From positions 52,638,001-52,702,000 of the forward strand of contig OX597822.1 of the NCBI GenBank assembly GCA_951406725.2: 64,000 nucleotides of DNA, in the 5' to 3' direction. This document shows, one piece after another, positions 37,772 to 51,099 of this stretch (positions are counted from its first letter, which is position 1; the number at the start of each line of letters is the position of its first letter). Origin of the DNA: Octopus vulgaris (lineage: Eukaryota). Under the pieces are notes generated by a model. The model was not told where the DNA came from and did not search any database. It saw only the letters and a list, made by a program, of their open reading frames with translations. The position numbers and the translations under genes are program-made.

Positions 37772-38185
37772 TGGCGAGCTGGCAGAAACGTTAGCATGGC
37801 AGGCAAAATGCTTAGCGGTATTTCATTTGGCGACGAACTGGCAGAAACGTTAGCACGCCGGGCGAAATGCTTTGTGGTATTTCGTCTGTCTTTACGTTCT
37901 GAGTTCAAATTATGCCGAGGTCGACTTTGCCTTTCATCCTTTCGGGGTCGATAAATTAAGTACCAGTTACGCACTGGGGTCGATGTAATCGACAATCCAT
38001 TTGTCTGTCCTTGTTTGCCCCATCTGTGTTTAGCCCCTTGGTAGTAAAGAAATAGGTATTTCGTCTGCTGCTACATTCTGAGTTCAAATTCTGCCGAAGT
38101 CGACTTTTCCTTTCATCCTTTCGGGGTCAATGAATTAAGTACCAGTTACGTACTGGGGTCAAGCTGATCGACTGGCCCCCTCTCC
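37772..38185 (+). mobile_element. Family A SINE (37841-38057) inserted into another family A SINE
   Basis: Host split at ggtatttc, which is duplicated on both sides. Confidence 0.8.
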
Positions 38186-38914
38186 CAAGGTGCTTAAAGA
38201 AGAAAATAATACTGGTGAATGTGCTGTGCCTGAAAATAGATGATGATGGCCATAACTGGAATGTTTTGATCACTTTTCTTTGCAGAGTCAACCAACATGG
38301 TGTGAAAAATGAAAATATATTAGGGGTTGCAGTGGTTTTTATGGTAGTGTTGACTGTTGTGGCAGTAGTTATTAGTGTGGAAATGTGATAGTGGTAGGGT
38401 TGTAATGGTTGATGCAATGGTGGTGTGTTAGAGAAAAACCTTATGAAGATTAAAAAAAAAAAGTATTTGTAGTTAAATAATAGACCTTGTCTTGTTTCAT
38501 ATGTTAGGAGCTTCAGACACTGGGCCCTCACTGAGGAAATGACAAGGGGTCAGGAATTGTGGGGATTTGCTGTATTTGAGATGTGTCAAGCTAAGGTAAA
38601 ATCGTGGTCATCCATACATACAAGCTTGTTCTTTGCAGGGGTCAGTGCCACATAAAATGCGCTTGTGCCCATGCCACATATGCACTGTTTTTCTCAAGAG
38701 CTCAGGTGGAGGGTAAAATTAGACACAGGGGCCCAGATCTGAGAAGGTTATGGTATGGCCCATATATGAAAATGCATGCATTTGTATATTTGTGTGTGTG
38801 TGATAAATGCATGGCATGTATGTATAATGCATCGGCTTGTTTATGTATCCATAAATTCCCTCGTATTTACTCATGGTCAGACAGATATTTAATTATGAAC
38901 GTTTTGTTTTCAAG

Positions 38915-38990
38915 CTTGTAACCTATGGTAATTCTCGGGAAGAAGCCCGAGAACAGATGATTCAGGCTTTAGATGCTTATGTAATTAAAG
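38915..38990 (+). CDS. PCCA: PCCA exon (LVTYGNSREEAREQMIQALDAYVIK-G)
   Basis: Matches biotin carboxylase C-domain; aag acceptor, gtacgt donor; 76 nt. Confidence 0.92.
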
Positions 38991-39249
38991 GTACGTCTAA
39001 CAGTTTGTTTCCTTTGCTTGGTTTATATAGTTTGTTTCTCACAATATCTTCATATTCTAACCTGAAAATGTCTAGTTTTACCATATATGGCCTAACAGCC
39101 TGGAACAGCATTAAGATGTTATACCATAAATATTAGGTGAGCTTACATTGCCCTTAGATTGATATCAGAGCTGAAGTACTCTGAGGGGATATATTAGCAT
39201 TTTTTCTGTTTGTGATCTCTCTATCTGAGGAAATAATCCAATCTAAATA

Positions 39250-39995
39250 GCCTCATGAATAGAAGAACAATCAAATATTCAGCTAAAAAAATAACTAATG
39301 TAGATTATGCTGATGATTTAGCTTTGCTCTCTAACACAATATCAAACTCCACCCAATTAAGCTTAGCTGCATATGATGTTAGATTGCTTGTTAATCCTAG
39401 TAAAACCAAACTCATTGCTCACAAACAAGGATCCATCATCAGCATCAGTGGAGACCCTATGACTTAAGTTGATTATTTCATGTACCTCAGCTCAGTGATA
39501 GTCCAAACTGAAAAGGATGTAAAACCTTGGACAGCGAAAGCATAGCTGTCTCTAAGCAAACTGGATGTTGTCTGGAAATCAAATCTGTCACACAATTTTA
39601 AGAAGAATTTTTTCTATGCAACAATAGTCAGTCCTTTTATAGGGAGCAACACCCTGGACGTTTACCAAAAGACTTGAATCCAAGCACGAAGGAACTTGCA
39701 CCCAAATATTAACAGCAATCTTAAATCATGGAGAACTTATCCCACCACAAAACGGGTGTGTGGAGATCTGCCCGTTTCTAACACTGTAAGGGAAAGGCAT
39801 TTATGCTTAGAGGGACATTGCTGGCAAGCTAAACTAGAGTTGACAAGTGACTTACTGCTATGGCCGTACTCGAGCTGGTCGTCTGAATACAACCTATGTA
39901 GATCAACTCACCAGAAACACTGGATGCTTCCCTGAAGATTTCTCTCAATTAATGCAGGGCCAATGTGGATGGCGTGTGCAGCAAGCTCAACTAGA
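39250..39995 (+). mobile_element. Decayed RTE-group LINE reverse transcriptase fragment
   Basis: DYADDLALLS RT motif; downstream GHCW...LLLW; several stops and frameshifts. Confidence 0.8.
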
Positions 39996-40687
39996 TGAGG
40001 ATAGATTGCCTTATGTTCATATGCTGGATTTAATTCATAAGGGGAAGTAACTCCATGAAGCAAGGATGATGTTCTTAATGCTCCATAGGTACAGGCATGA
40101 TTGTGTGGTTAAGAAGTTTGCTTCCCAACCATGTGGATTTGGGTTCAACCCCACTGTGTGGCACTTTGGGGACCAAGTATCTTCTGCTACAACCCCTGGC
40201 CAGCCATTGCCTTGTTTGTAGATTTTGTAGATAGAAGCCTGTTGTGTGTGTGTGTGTGCCTTTATCTTTGTGTTGGTTTGTTTACGTCCCTGTAATCTAG
40301 CAGTTCGGCAAAAGAGGCCAATAGGATAAGAATCGGGCTTAAAATCAAATATTGGAATTGATTTTTTTGACAAAACTCTTCAAGACAGTGCGCCATGCCA
40401 GCATAGATGCAGTCCAGTGAGTGATACAAATGAAAGTTAATCATTAATCACTGTGATTGATGTAATTGACTAAAACTGTAAAAGGTCGCAGTACTTTGAG
40501 ACTAAAACCAGTAGAAGAGTATAGTACATTTATAACTAACATGATGTACCATGTGCATTGCACAATGTACACACTGTATTATATATGGCCACTTATATAA
40601 GTTAGGAAAGTTTGTTGCAGTGAATTCTGTGTGAAACCTGTTTTGTGTAGGATGTTAAAGCACCACAAAGAATTTCTATTCTACATA

Positions 40688-40850
40688 GGCGCAGGAGTGG
40701 CTGTGTGGTAAGTAGCTTGCTTACCAACCACATGGTTCCGGGTTCATTCCCACTGTGTGGCACATTGAGCAAGTGTCTTCTACTATAGCCTCAGGCCGAC
40801 CAAAGCCTTGTGAGTGGATTTGGTAGACAGAAACTGAAAGAAGCCTGTCG

Positions 40851-40887
<37 letters not shown>

Positions 40888-41105
40888 CTGTGTTTGTCCC
40901 CCCAACTTCGCTTGACAACCGATGGTGGTGTGTTTACGTCTCCGTAACTTAGCGGTTCGGCAAAAGAGCCCGATAGAATAAGTACTAGGCTTACAAAGAA
41001 TAAGTCCTGGGGCCGATTTGCCCGACCAAAGGCGGTGCTCCAGCATGGCCGCAATCAAATAACTTAAACAAGTAAAATCAAATAACTTAAACAAGTAAAG
41101 AGAGT
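40688..41105 (+). mobile_element. CORE-type SINE family B, full length
   Basis: GGCGCAGGAGTGGCTGTGTGG head, GGTTCA B box, core and tail; other copies at 54262-54682(-), 63305-63580(+), 40088-40440(+). Confidence 0.88.
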
Positions 41106-42653
41106 ATAGCTATTGACTTATTTGTTCTAGTTCAGTATGAATTTTAACCATGAAACACGTGTAGAGGTCACCTAGGAAAAAAGAAGCTAAATGCGGATAT
41201 ATTTTAAAAATAACAATATTTTAATCTTTTTGTTAACTACCCATAAATCTTTATGAAGTCCGTATATTTGGGTGTCATTTAAAGGGAGATAACTGCATAA
41301 TTTACCTATTTACTTTTCAATGCATTTTAATCTCTCTCTTTCTCTCTCCTATCCGCCATCTCTTTCTGTCTCTTTCCATGTGGCCTCTGCCAAAACAGTA
41401 ACACTTTATCACCCCATTTAAAATATTATACGTTATATGCATAAGTACATTATACGTGGTACATTATATGTTATGAAACTATAGCTATCTTTGAAAGTGT
41501 TAACTTAAGAAAAAAAAAAAATACCACCGTCATTAAAATTTCATTTTTCCATGCTTGCATGGGTTGGATGGAGTTTGTGGAGACAGATTTTCTATGGCCA
41601 GACATTTTCTTGTATACTAATGGAAACAAATGACACCGTTGTGTGGTAATGACACTTATGGACAACCACCATGTATTGTCAGGACAAAGAGACACACACA
41701 CACGCACACACATACAGGTACATGCATACATGTATGTGTATGTCTATGTGTATATATACACATGCACACGTGTGTGCACACACACACACACACAAAAGGC
41801 TTCTTTCAGTTTCCAGCAAGTCCAAGCACAAGGATTTGGTTGGCCCAGGCCTATAGTTGAAGACACTTGTTGAAGGTGCCACGCAGTAGGACTGAACTAA
41901 AAGCCATATGATTGGGACGCAAACTTCTCAAACCACACAGCAATACTTGTGCCTAACATCTCTTGCATTGGAGATATTGTCTAGGCAGGTTTTTATAACA
42001 AGCATAGTATCTGCGAGCAATCTTCTGGCTCTGAGCTCATGGCGTATATAAGTTACATATCTAGACAAATCAGAACAAGAGAAATGAGAAATCATGAGAA
42101 AAAAACAAGAGAAAGGTGGATGCAAAATGCAGAAAAAGAAAGGAAAAAAAGAAGTTATGTCCCCTTCGACCATAAAGTCATAAAGCTATTTGATGTAGAA
42201 TTAACTGAAGGGGTCTAAAGTTTGCGATACAATTGCTCAATTCAGAGAGTGGTGTTCTCCAACTTGCCAAAAGAAACTTGTCCAAGTTTTTTGGTAAATT
42301 GAAGTACACCACACTTTGTAAAGTGGTTGTTGTCAGGGGAAGCACCCAGCCATAGAAGCCTCACCAAAGCAGACAGAACTCAACGCAGCTCTCTGGGTAG
42401 TCAAATCTTGTTGAACCATCCAATCCATGCTAGTATGGAACACAAATGTTAAATGATGATGATGACAAAACCTTAGAGGTTGTTGAGGCAGTAAGGTATG
42501 ATTTCAAGGAGAAGTGACTGCTGTTTCTAGCATTTTGAGAAACTACTTAGCTGTACCCTTACTGGATGGTTTTTCTTTTATACAGAATTTTTGTTGGTGG
42601 AATATTTCCTTTGTTGTTGTTGTTGAAAAAAGTTTATGTTGGTATAATTTCAG

Positions 42654-42764
42654 GTGTAGCCCATAATATCCCTCTTCTTAGGGATATTCTGACTGAATCT
42701 AAATTTGTGGCTGGTGACCTGACAACTGATTATTTAATGCAGACATATCCGGAGGGATTCTTGG
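42654..42764 (+). CDS. PCCA: PCCA exon (VAHNIPLLRDILTESKFVAGDLTTDYLMQTYPEGFL-G)
   Basis: HNI-LLR and YP-GF motifs; tttcag/gtaagg; 111 nt. Confidence 0.94.
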
Positions 42765-43686
42765 GTAAGGATCTTTTCAAATGTTTTTGTTCTTTTAAAC
42801 TAACATTGTAAATTCCTTTTTGGCTATCCAACTAGAGGGTTAATAATAGATCCCTGTTAACTGCGTTATACAATGTCTATGGCCAAGACATCTAGCTGCC
42901 ATTAACCCAGTTTTCTAGCTGTAAGGAACTACTCTGTAGTATAATTCATCTGTACTGTGTCCATGACCAAGACCCTGAACTAGTTTACCTAGCTTTAAGT
43001 AAGTACCACAATATGTTACACTTCTCTGCACTGTGTCCATAACCAAGCAATTTAACTGTCTCTTTATTGTGTCCATGGCTAAGACACTTAACTGTTAACA
43101 AGCCAGTCTACTCAGCTGTAAGTACCACAGTATAGAGTTCAGTTTTGTGATTAAAATTGAAGTACTTAACAATAGACAGTCCAGTCCTGTAAGTTGGTAC
43201 TACAATGTAGTATTGTTCACTATACTGTGTTCATGACCAAGACACTTAGCCATTACTAGCTCAGTCTATCTTGATCTGAGTAGGTACCGGAGGAAGTGAA
43301 GTTTACTCTAGGTTATGATGCTGAAGTGAACTACTTCTGTAGGTAGTGCCTGGTGTAAAGTGAACTATACCAAACTAATTTGTCCCCCAGATATATACAC
43401 TGAAGTCTTCACTGAAGTCCCTACAATGCAGATATGGGTGCAGATGTGGCTGTGTAGTTAAGAAGTTTGCTTTGTAATTATTTAGTGTTAGCTTTGATCA
43501 AGTTTGTGGTATGTTGGGCTAGTATCTTCAGTCATAGCTTCAAGTCAAGCAAAGTATTATGTGTGAAATTTTTAGATGTAAACTGGACAGAGATCTCAGA
43601 TTTACATAAAATACTTCGCTTCTAGTTAAAGCTATTTTTGCCAGTTATGACTCTCTGTAATACTATTTAATTACTGTTGATTACAG

Positions 43687-43789
43687 GCAAAGAGCTATCA
43701 GCTGATGAAGTGTCTGAGCTAGCTTCCATAGCCAGTGTTCTCTATGCTAAAGCTGAGCTAAAATCTTGGGCTATCTCCAATCAAAATGT
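43687..43789 (+). CDS. PCCA: PCCA exon, BT domain start (KELSADEVSELASIASVLYAKAELKSWAISNQN)
   Basis: ttacag/gtaagt; phase 1 to 2 fits neighbours; IAS-L helix; 103 nt. Confidence 0.88.
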
Positions 43790-44610
43790 GTAAGTAAAAT
43801 ATTTGTTGTCATTACCAATTCTTTAAATTATTATAGCAATGAATTAAATATTTTTTGAATTCATGTGAAATATCCATGCGAGGTCGTTTCCAGTGCCGCT
43901 GGACTGGCTCCTGTGCAGGTGGCACGTAAAAAGCACCATTTTTGTGTGGCTGTTGCCAGTACCACCAAACTGGCCCTTGTGCTGGTGGCACGTAAAAGCA
44001 CCCACTACACTCTCGGAGTGGTTGGCATTAGGAAGGGCATCCAGCTGTAGAAACTCTGCCAGATCAGATTGCAGTCTTGTTCGCCAGACCTCAGTCAAAT
44101 CATCCAACCCATGCTAGCATGGAAAGCGGACATTAAATGATGATGATGATGATGTCCTATAGGAGTCAACTTCATCCTGCCAAAGTTAGGGATTAGTGAA
44201 ATAAAATGCCAATCAGATACTGGGGTTGATATTAGTTTCATCCTTGTATATGTGAGTCTTCTGCTTATGTTAAAAAACAATATCAATTTAACAAGTTAGC
44301 AACATTCATTAAAGAGCTTAATATAACATGTAATATTGTAACCTTATAAAAATCAGTACTGTTTGGAGCTGCCAATATTCTGCAAAATAGACTCTTTACT
44401 TGAGGGGTTTCCACCATAAAGAGCACCCAGTACCTTCTGTAAAGTGGTTGGCGTAAGGAAGGGCATCCAACCAGCAGTTAATAAGAGCTGTCTTGGACTG
44501 AGTGATTCCATCATCCCATGCCAGCATGGAAAACATAAGACAACGATGCTGATGGTTACGATGTTTAACCTTTCTTTTACCTCAATTAATTCAATTGTTT
44601 CATTTTGTAG

Positions 44611-44713
44611 TTCAGTTGATGAAACCCCTTGCAGTTGGTCTCTTGTGGTAAAATTAGGAGAAGATTCTATAAAGGCGGATGTCACTCACTTTCCACTTTT
44701 AAGACAGTATCAA
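44611..44713 (+). CDS. PCCA: PCCA exon, BT domain (SVDETPCSWSLVVKLGEDSIKADV...QYQ)
   Basis: ttgtag/gtaagt; W-L-VKL pattern; 103 nt; phase fits. Confidence 0.85.
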
Positions 44714-44804
44714 GTAAGTAATGACATATCACCTTATCTGTCTCTTTCTTGCTCTCTCTCCCTGTTCACGTCCGCTTTCATCTTTGTTTCCTTATTTCTT
44801 GTAG

Positions 44805-44903
44805 GTGACTGTAAACAACCACACTGCTACCATTCCTGATGAATTCACCTTGTCACAGCCTAGAATCACAGCCAACATCAACGGCAAGACACACACTGTA
44901 CAG
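44805..44903 (+). CDS. PCCA: PCCA exon, BT domain (VTVNNHTATIPDEFTLSQPRITANINGKTHTVQ)
   Basis: ttgtag/gtaaaa; 99 nt ending in TVQ. Confidence 0.88.
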
Positions 44904-44934
44904 GTAAAAAAAAAAAGAATTGTTATATTTAATA

Positions 44935-45447
44935 CTAGCAGTATCGCCCCGTGTTGCTCGGGTTTGTAAGGGAAATAACTATATAAGCATTTTTAGAGAG
45001 TTACTTCCCTTATAGATGCCAATTTAGGCTTTCTTAGCCATTTCTGTTTTGGTGTCTTCAAGCCATGAAGTCGTTGTTCTAAAAGAACGCTGGTCTCCTT
45101 GATAACGCTTTACGACGTTGATTTCCTTACACTCCCTTCCCCACAACTTCACGAGGGAGGGAAGAAGGGGGAGAAGCAAACAGGTGCAGGTGTGACCATG
45201 GACGCCAACTCCGCTGCCATCGACACACGAAAAATTATGCATTAAAATGGAATAAAAAATGATGTTAAATTATTTTTTAAATCGTAGACTCATCGTAGAC
45301 GCGCGCTAATACTCAGACGTGCTAGATATGAATCACGACTATAAGATACCCGAATTTGGTTAAACTGCACCACAAAATGTGGGAGTAGTTAGGAATCTAA
45401 ATCGAAGAGGACAGACACTCACACAACTGCAGTTTTATATATATAGA
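44935..45447 (-). mobile_element. Non-autonomous Helitron just downstream of an exon donor
   Basis: Minus strand 5' TC, 3' hairpin and CTAG, inserted between A and T. Confidence 0.82.
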
Positions 45448-46119
45448 TTTAATGGCTAAAGCTTATTACTTGAATTTAGAGAAATGGAGTCATTGATTTA
45501 ATTGAGGGACAAGTCAGCGCTGTCATCTACTCAATGGTTTATAGATTCAGGTTTTGTTTGAAACCATCCAACCCATGCCAGCATGGACAACAGATGTTAA
45601 ATGGTGATAATGATGATGACTATTTCTACACTTTTGAATTTGGCAGCTGTCTAACAGTCTTAGCATAATCTCTCATAATCTCTTACTGCATTTTTCTAAT
45701 CTTGTGGTTTTGCATTCAGTCACCCTTGGGCAAGGGTCTTTCATGGATCTGGGACAACCAAAGACTTGTGAGTGGATTTGGTTGATGGAAACTGAAGTTT
45801 TGTTTTCCATTTTGCTGTAGTTGATTGTAATTAATCCATTTCTTAATTCAATGAGTTACTTGTCGTAATCAGTGACATCCATTAATAGCTGATCGATATT
45901 ATCCAATCCAACTCTGCTGGTAGTCCTCACATGATGAGTTGAACACAGTTCTTGCTACTGCTACAACTGTTTAACTTGAGGTTAGTTCTGATTCAGAAAA
46001 CCTTTTAATGATATCAATCCAAGCTATCACTAGAATTTGAGACTGGCTATCCATGGGAACTTCTATATGTTGATGATCTAGTCTTCGTAGCTATATATCT
46101 ATATAATATATATATATTT

Positions 46120-47985
46120 CATCATCATCATCGTTTAACGTCTGTTTTCCATGCTAGCATGGGTTGGACAGTTCAACCGGGGTCTGGGAAGCCAGGAGGC
46201 TGCAACAGGCTCCAGTCTGATCTGGCAGTGTTTCTACAGCTGGATGCCCTTCCTAACACCAACCACTCCGTGAGTGTAGTGCATGCTTTTTACGTGCCAC
46301 CGGCATGGGCCAGAGGAGCCTGGCAACGGCCACGATCGGTTGGCACTTTTTACATGCCTCCAGCACAGGCATCACAGCTACAATTTCCATTTGATTTTTA
46401 TTTTGATGTTGGTGTACTTGACTCAATAGGTCTCCTCAAGCACAGCAAGTCGCCCTACGATCCAATGTAAGCACAGCAGGTTATCCTATGGTCCAATGTA
46501 CTTTTGAATGGACTGGGGCTGGTAATGCAAAACTGGTGTACCATACAGCCGTGAACTTTGCCCAGGCTATTCTTATTCTAGCCGCTACACTCTGAGCAAC
46601 CACCCCACTACAGACTTGGTCACCTAGGTAGCAGAAGCTATTAATTACCTCTAGTTTCTCCCCTGACATGTGATGGAATCTGTTTTCTGTACATCGTCAG
46701 TGCTTATTGCCCCTATGCATCTGCCACACACAAATACAATTTTTTCGGTTATCTTTCCTTTGATATTGCTGTACCTCTTATGTGTCCATAGCTTATAATG
46801 GTGCATTGTATGGAGTTTCTACCCATCCCTTTTCTACCTGAAGGGGTTTGTGATTTGACTGCCTTCCTACTTACTAAGACTTTGGCTCTTGCTAGGTTAA
46901 TCCTAAGGCCCTTCAATTCTAGACCTTGCTTCCACACCATAAATTTTCTCTAGTTCTGGCAGTGACTCGGTTATTAGAGCAAGGTCATTAGCATAGAGGA
47001 GCTCCCAGGAGCAGCCTGTTTTGAATTCTTCTTGTTGACTGGAGGGCTATAATGAATAAGAGGGTGCTGAGGACTGATCCTTGGTGAACCCCTACTTCCA
47101 CTCAGAGTTCTTCACTATACTTGTTGCCAACCCTCACCTTACTGACAGCGTCACTGTACAGGGCTTGTACAGCTCTTACCAACCACTCGTCTATCCCCCA
47201 GTTTCCGCATTGATCACCCGATAAGTGATTGGGGCATCCTGGTAAAGGCTTTCTCTAAATCAACAAAAGCCAAGTACAGAGGTTTATCTTTGGCTAGATA
47301 TTTCTCCTGCAGTTGCCTTACCAGAAATATAGCTGCAGTGGTTCTTCTGCCTGGCACAAAACCAAACTGCATTTCATCTAGGCTAACTCTTTCCCTAATT
47401 GGGCTATGACCCTCTCTGTAACTTTCATCACCTGATCCAGTAATTTGATTCCCTGTAGTTATTTCTATCTAAAGCATCACCTTTACCCTTATAGCAGTTG
47501 TCTATGGTGCTGCTATACCAGTCATTGGGTATGACTCCATGAACTACCTGATTTACGAGGCGGGTGACAAGACCCGATATCTTAAGCATATCAGCAGTGA
47601 TTCCTGATGGGTCAGGTACTTTCCCTGTTTTCATATCCTTACTTGTTTTATCGACCAGGGTACTGTCGATTCAGGTAGCTGGTCCCTCAGTTGGGTCAAC
47701 CTTGGCAGACTCTTCTCCCATTCATTCACCACATTCAGCAGTCTTTTATAATGGCATCTCCAAGCCTCTTTCTTTGCAGAATCATTTAACGCAAGGGCAC
47801 CATCATCCATGCAGACACATTTCTCTCTTATGACATCACGGTTTTCTTTCACACACTGTCTTGCAATCCAAAATACTTCAGTTCTTTGGTCCTCATGTTG
47901 TTGAACATTGGCAAACTTCTTTTCTGCTACTTCCTTGGCTATATATACCTGTCTCCTAGCTTCCCTTTTGGCTATCTGATGCAAG
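46120..47985 (-). mobile_element. 5'-truncated, decayed RTE LINE (RT domain plus 3' UTR and (GAT)n tail)
   Basis: GVHQGSVLSPLLFII, LLYANDLAL, GLRINLARAKV, FCYLGD, RIRIAWAKF; runs into the family C tail. Confidence 0.9.
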
Positions 47986-47997
47986 TATATCTATATA

Positions 47998-48430
47998 TAT
48001 ATAAGTTCAGCAAAATTTAGATTCAGATGAATATGGTACTTAAGTTAAAGGCACCAAAATTTTGTATGGTATTATCCATATAAATCAAATGGGGTGATTA
48101 TAATCAAAATAAGCAACAAGGATATCCAAGGTAGAGTAGTACAATTGTTTCGTGCTCCTTCATTTTATTAAACCCTGTAAGTATTACATCAGTTTTAAAA
48201 TGTGGAGCAATCTTCAGCCACATATAGAATTTTTCAATTAAACGGACAATGCACATTCTTATACTTATTTCATTTGGCAAATGAAACAATTGTACTACTC
48301 TACCTTGGATATACTTGTTGCTTATTTTTATTATAATCACCCCATTTGATTTATATGGGTAATACCATACAAAATTCTGGTGCCTTTAAGTACCATATTC
48401 ATCTGAATCTAAATTTTGCTGAACTTATAT
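47998..48430 (-). mobile_element. Penelope-like pseudo-LTR with inverted partial copy (~150-bp arms) and hammerhead motif
   Basis: 48000-48150 is the reverse complement of 48282-48430; flanked by TA repeats. Confidence 0.7.
48136..48221 (-). ncRNA. Type I hammerhead ribozyme motif (Penelope-type)
   Basis: GUGG-CUGAAGA-UUGCUCC...GGAGCAC-GAAAC-AAUU-GUA-CUAC; all three stems pair. Confidence 0.65.
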
Positions 48431-48763
48431 ATGTAGATTTTTCCAGCCATAGAAACCATGCTAAATCAGATTGGAATCTGGTGCAGCCCTCCAGCTTACT
48501 AGTTTTAGTCAAGTCATCTAACCCATGCAAGCATAGAAAGGAGATGCTAAATGGTGATGATGAATATATGACTTCCAGTCACCAATAGTTTATTAATCAT
48601 CCGTATGCTTTGACATTTCTGTTAATATGTAATATTGACCTTTTTACAGGAGCATAATTTTGACCTTTCATGTCCTTGGTTTTTATCTCCGTTGATATTT
48701 CTTCAATGCCTTTCCATTGTCATTATTACTGTGTCAATAATCCATTACTTACTTGTTTTCCAG

Positions 48764-48817
48764 TTGATTTCACGAGAACCTTCAGGAGCAATGAAAATAC
48801 AATTATATGGAACTGTG
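48764..48817 (+). CDS. PCCA: PCCA exon (LISREPSGAMKIQLYGTV)
   Basis: ttccag/gtaagt; resembles SRE-G-M-IQ-GTV; 54 nt. Confidence 0.9.
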
Positions 48818-50743
48818 GTAAGTTTTTGCTTGGCATATTTCTGCCACTCATTTGGCTACTGTTTATATCGATTTTTAAATCGTTTGTATCTATGAGTTAT
48901 CTTTGGCTACTGTCTATATTGTGCCTTAGTAGTTATTTCCACCAGTTGCCATTGGTTACCATTCATATACAGTTTTGATAAAATAGTTCTCTCCACAATT
49001 GTCCACTGGTAACCATTTCTATATTATCTCTATGCTTTGACATTTTCCTCAACATGTAATACTGACTTTTTTAATGGATCATAGATAGAATAGTTTTCTT
49101 TACCAGTTGCTATTAGTTATCACTTATATTGTTTGGTAGAGTAGCCATGTACTAGGGTTAGTATAACCGACTGGTCTCTCCTTCTTCCTATATTTGTGAC
49201 CTTGGGTCTTTGTTAGCAATCAATTATATTCATTTTACATTTTTAAAAATTTGTAACTATCCATTAAATGACAACATATTGTTTTGCTGGTAGTTATTTT
49301 ATTGATACCTACACTTACTGGTGGGGTGGGGTGGCAGGGTTGGATCCAAAATAATTCCAGTTAGAGTTCAACCACAATTTTCGCACAAGGCCAGCAATTC
49401 TAGGGGAGGGATAATTTGATTACATTGAGCCCAGTGTTCAAATGGTGCTTATTTTGTCAACCCCAAAAGGATAAAAGGCAAAATCAACCTTAGCAGAGTT
49501 TGAACTCAGAATATAAAGCTTGAAAATGTGCTGCTAAACATTTTGTCTGACATTCTAATGAGTCTGCCAATCTGCCACCTTAATCATCATCATCATCATC
49601 ATCATCATCATTTAGTGTCCGCTTTCCATGCTGGCATGGGTTGGACAGTTCAACTGGGGTCTGGGAAGCCAGAAGGCTGCACCAGGCCCAGTCTGATCTG
49701 GCAATGTTTCTATGGCTGGATGCCCTTAAAGGCACAAGGTCTGAAATTTGTGGGGGAAGGGACTAATTGATTACATCAGCCCTAGTGTTTCACCAGTATT
49801 TAATTTATTGAAAGGAAGAAAGGCAAAGTTGACCTTGGCAGAATTTGAACCTAGAATATAAAGATAGATGAAATACCGCCAATCATTTCACCTGGCATGC
49901 TAACGATTCTGCCAGCTTACCTCCTTAATAATAATAATAATAATAATAATCCTTTCTACTAAAGGCACGAGGCCTGAAATTTGGCAGAAGGAGGCTAGTC
50001 AATTACATTAACCCCAGTGTTTCACTGCTACTTTATTTATCAACCCCAAAAAGTTGAAAGGCAGAATTTGAACTCAGAATGTAGCAACAGTTGTCGGATT
50101 AGCGAAACAATTATGAGAATGGCACCAAGGGACAAGTCAGCTTTTCTGGGAATTACTGGGCACATCAGCTAGTAATAATAATAATAATGAATTCTCATTT
50201 ACAGGAATATTAAGTTAGAGGTATTTAATTCCCCTCACACACCATATCATGCTTTTATGTTCACTTTTCTCATGTTGGCATGGATTAGATGAGATCTTGA
50301 GGCAGTATTCTATAACCAGATGCCTTCCTGATACCAACTCATGTTTTCAAATAAGGTATTTCATTCCACTGGTTCTTGCATGCTAAACAGCTTCAACAAT
50401 GGTAACATGTGGATGGACACACACACACATATATATGCAGATGTGGCTGTGTGCTTGAAAAGTTCCTGATTCAGTCTTTCTGCCCACTGTGTGTCATCCT
50501 AGGCAAGTGTCTTCCACTATAACCCTGCCTAGGCCGACCAAAGCCTTGTGAATAGATCTGGTAGACCTAACCTGAAAGAAGCCTGTCATGTGTGTGTTTG
50601 TGTCTGTTTGTTTTGACATGCATGGTAGTTGTAAATGAGTGCCTTGAAGGGCATAGCAAATCAGCCTCAACAAATTTTGTCTGAAGCATGAAAGCATGGA
50701 ATAGCAGACATTAAAATGATGGTGATAATACACACAAATATCC

Positions 50744-50972
50744 AGGCGGCGAGCTGGCAGAAACATTAGCACGCCGGTCGAAATGCGTAGCCGTATTTCG
50801 TCTGCAGCTACGTTCTGAGTTCAAATTCCGCCGAGGTCGACTTTGCCTTTCATCCTTTCGGGGTCGATAAATTAAGTACCAGTTACGCACTGGGGTTGAT
50901 ATAATTGACTTAATCCGTTTGTCTGTCCTTGTTTGTCCCCTCTGTGTTTAGTCCCTTGTGGGTAATAAAGAA
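50744..50972 (+). mobile_element. Young family A SINE with 11-bp TSD acaaatatcca
   Basis: Near-consensus copy with CpGs retained. Confidence 0.88.
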
Positions 50973-51099
50973 ACAAATATCCACAAATTATACTCTACAT
51001 AACTAAAAGTTTAGTTACTAAAAGTCTTGGACTCAGTACTTGTCCCCAAGATATCATAGATTAAGATGAATCTGTGATCCTATAATTGTAAAATGGACT

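Noticed and set aside
13346-38914. AAG acceptors at 13346-13348 and 38912-38914 as non-canonical splicing
   Set aside because: Less common but ordinary U2-type GT-AG introns.
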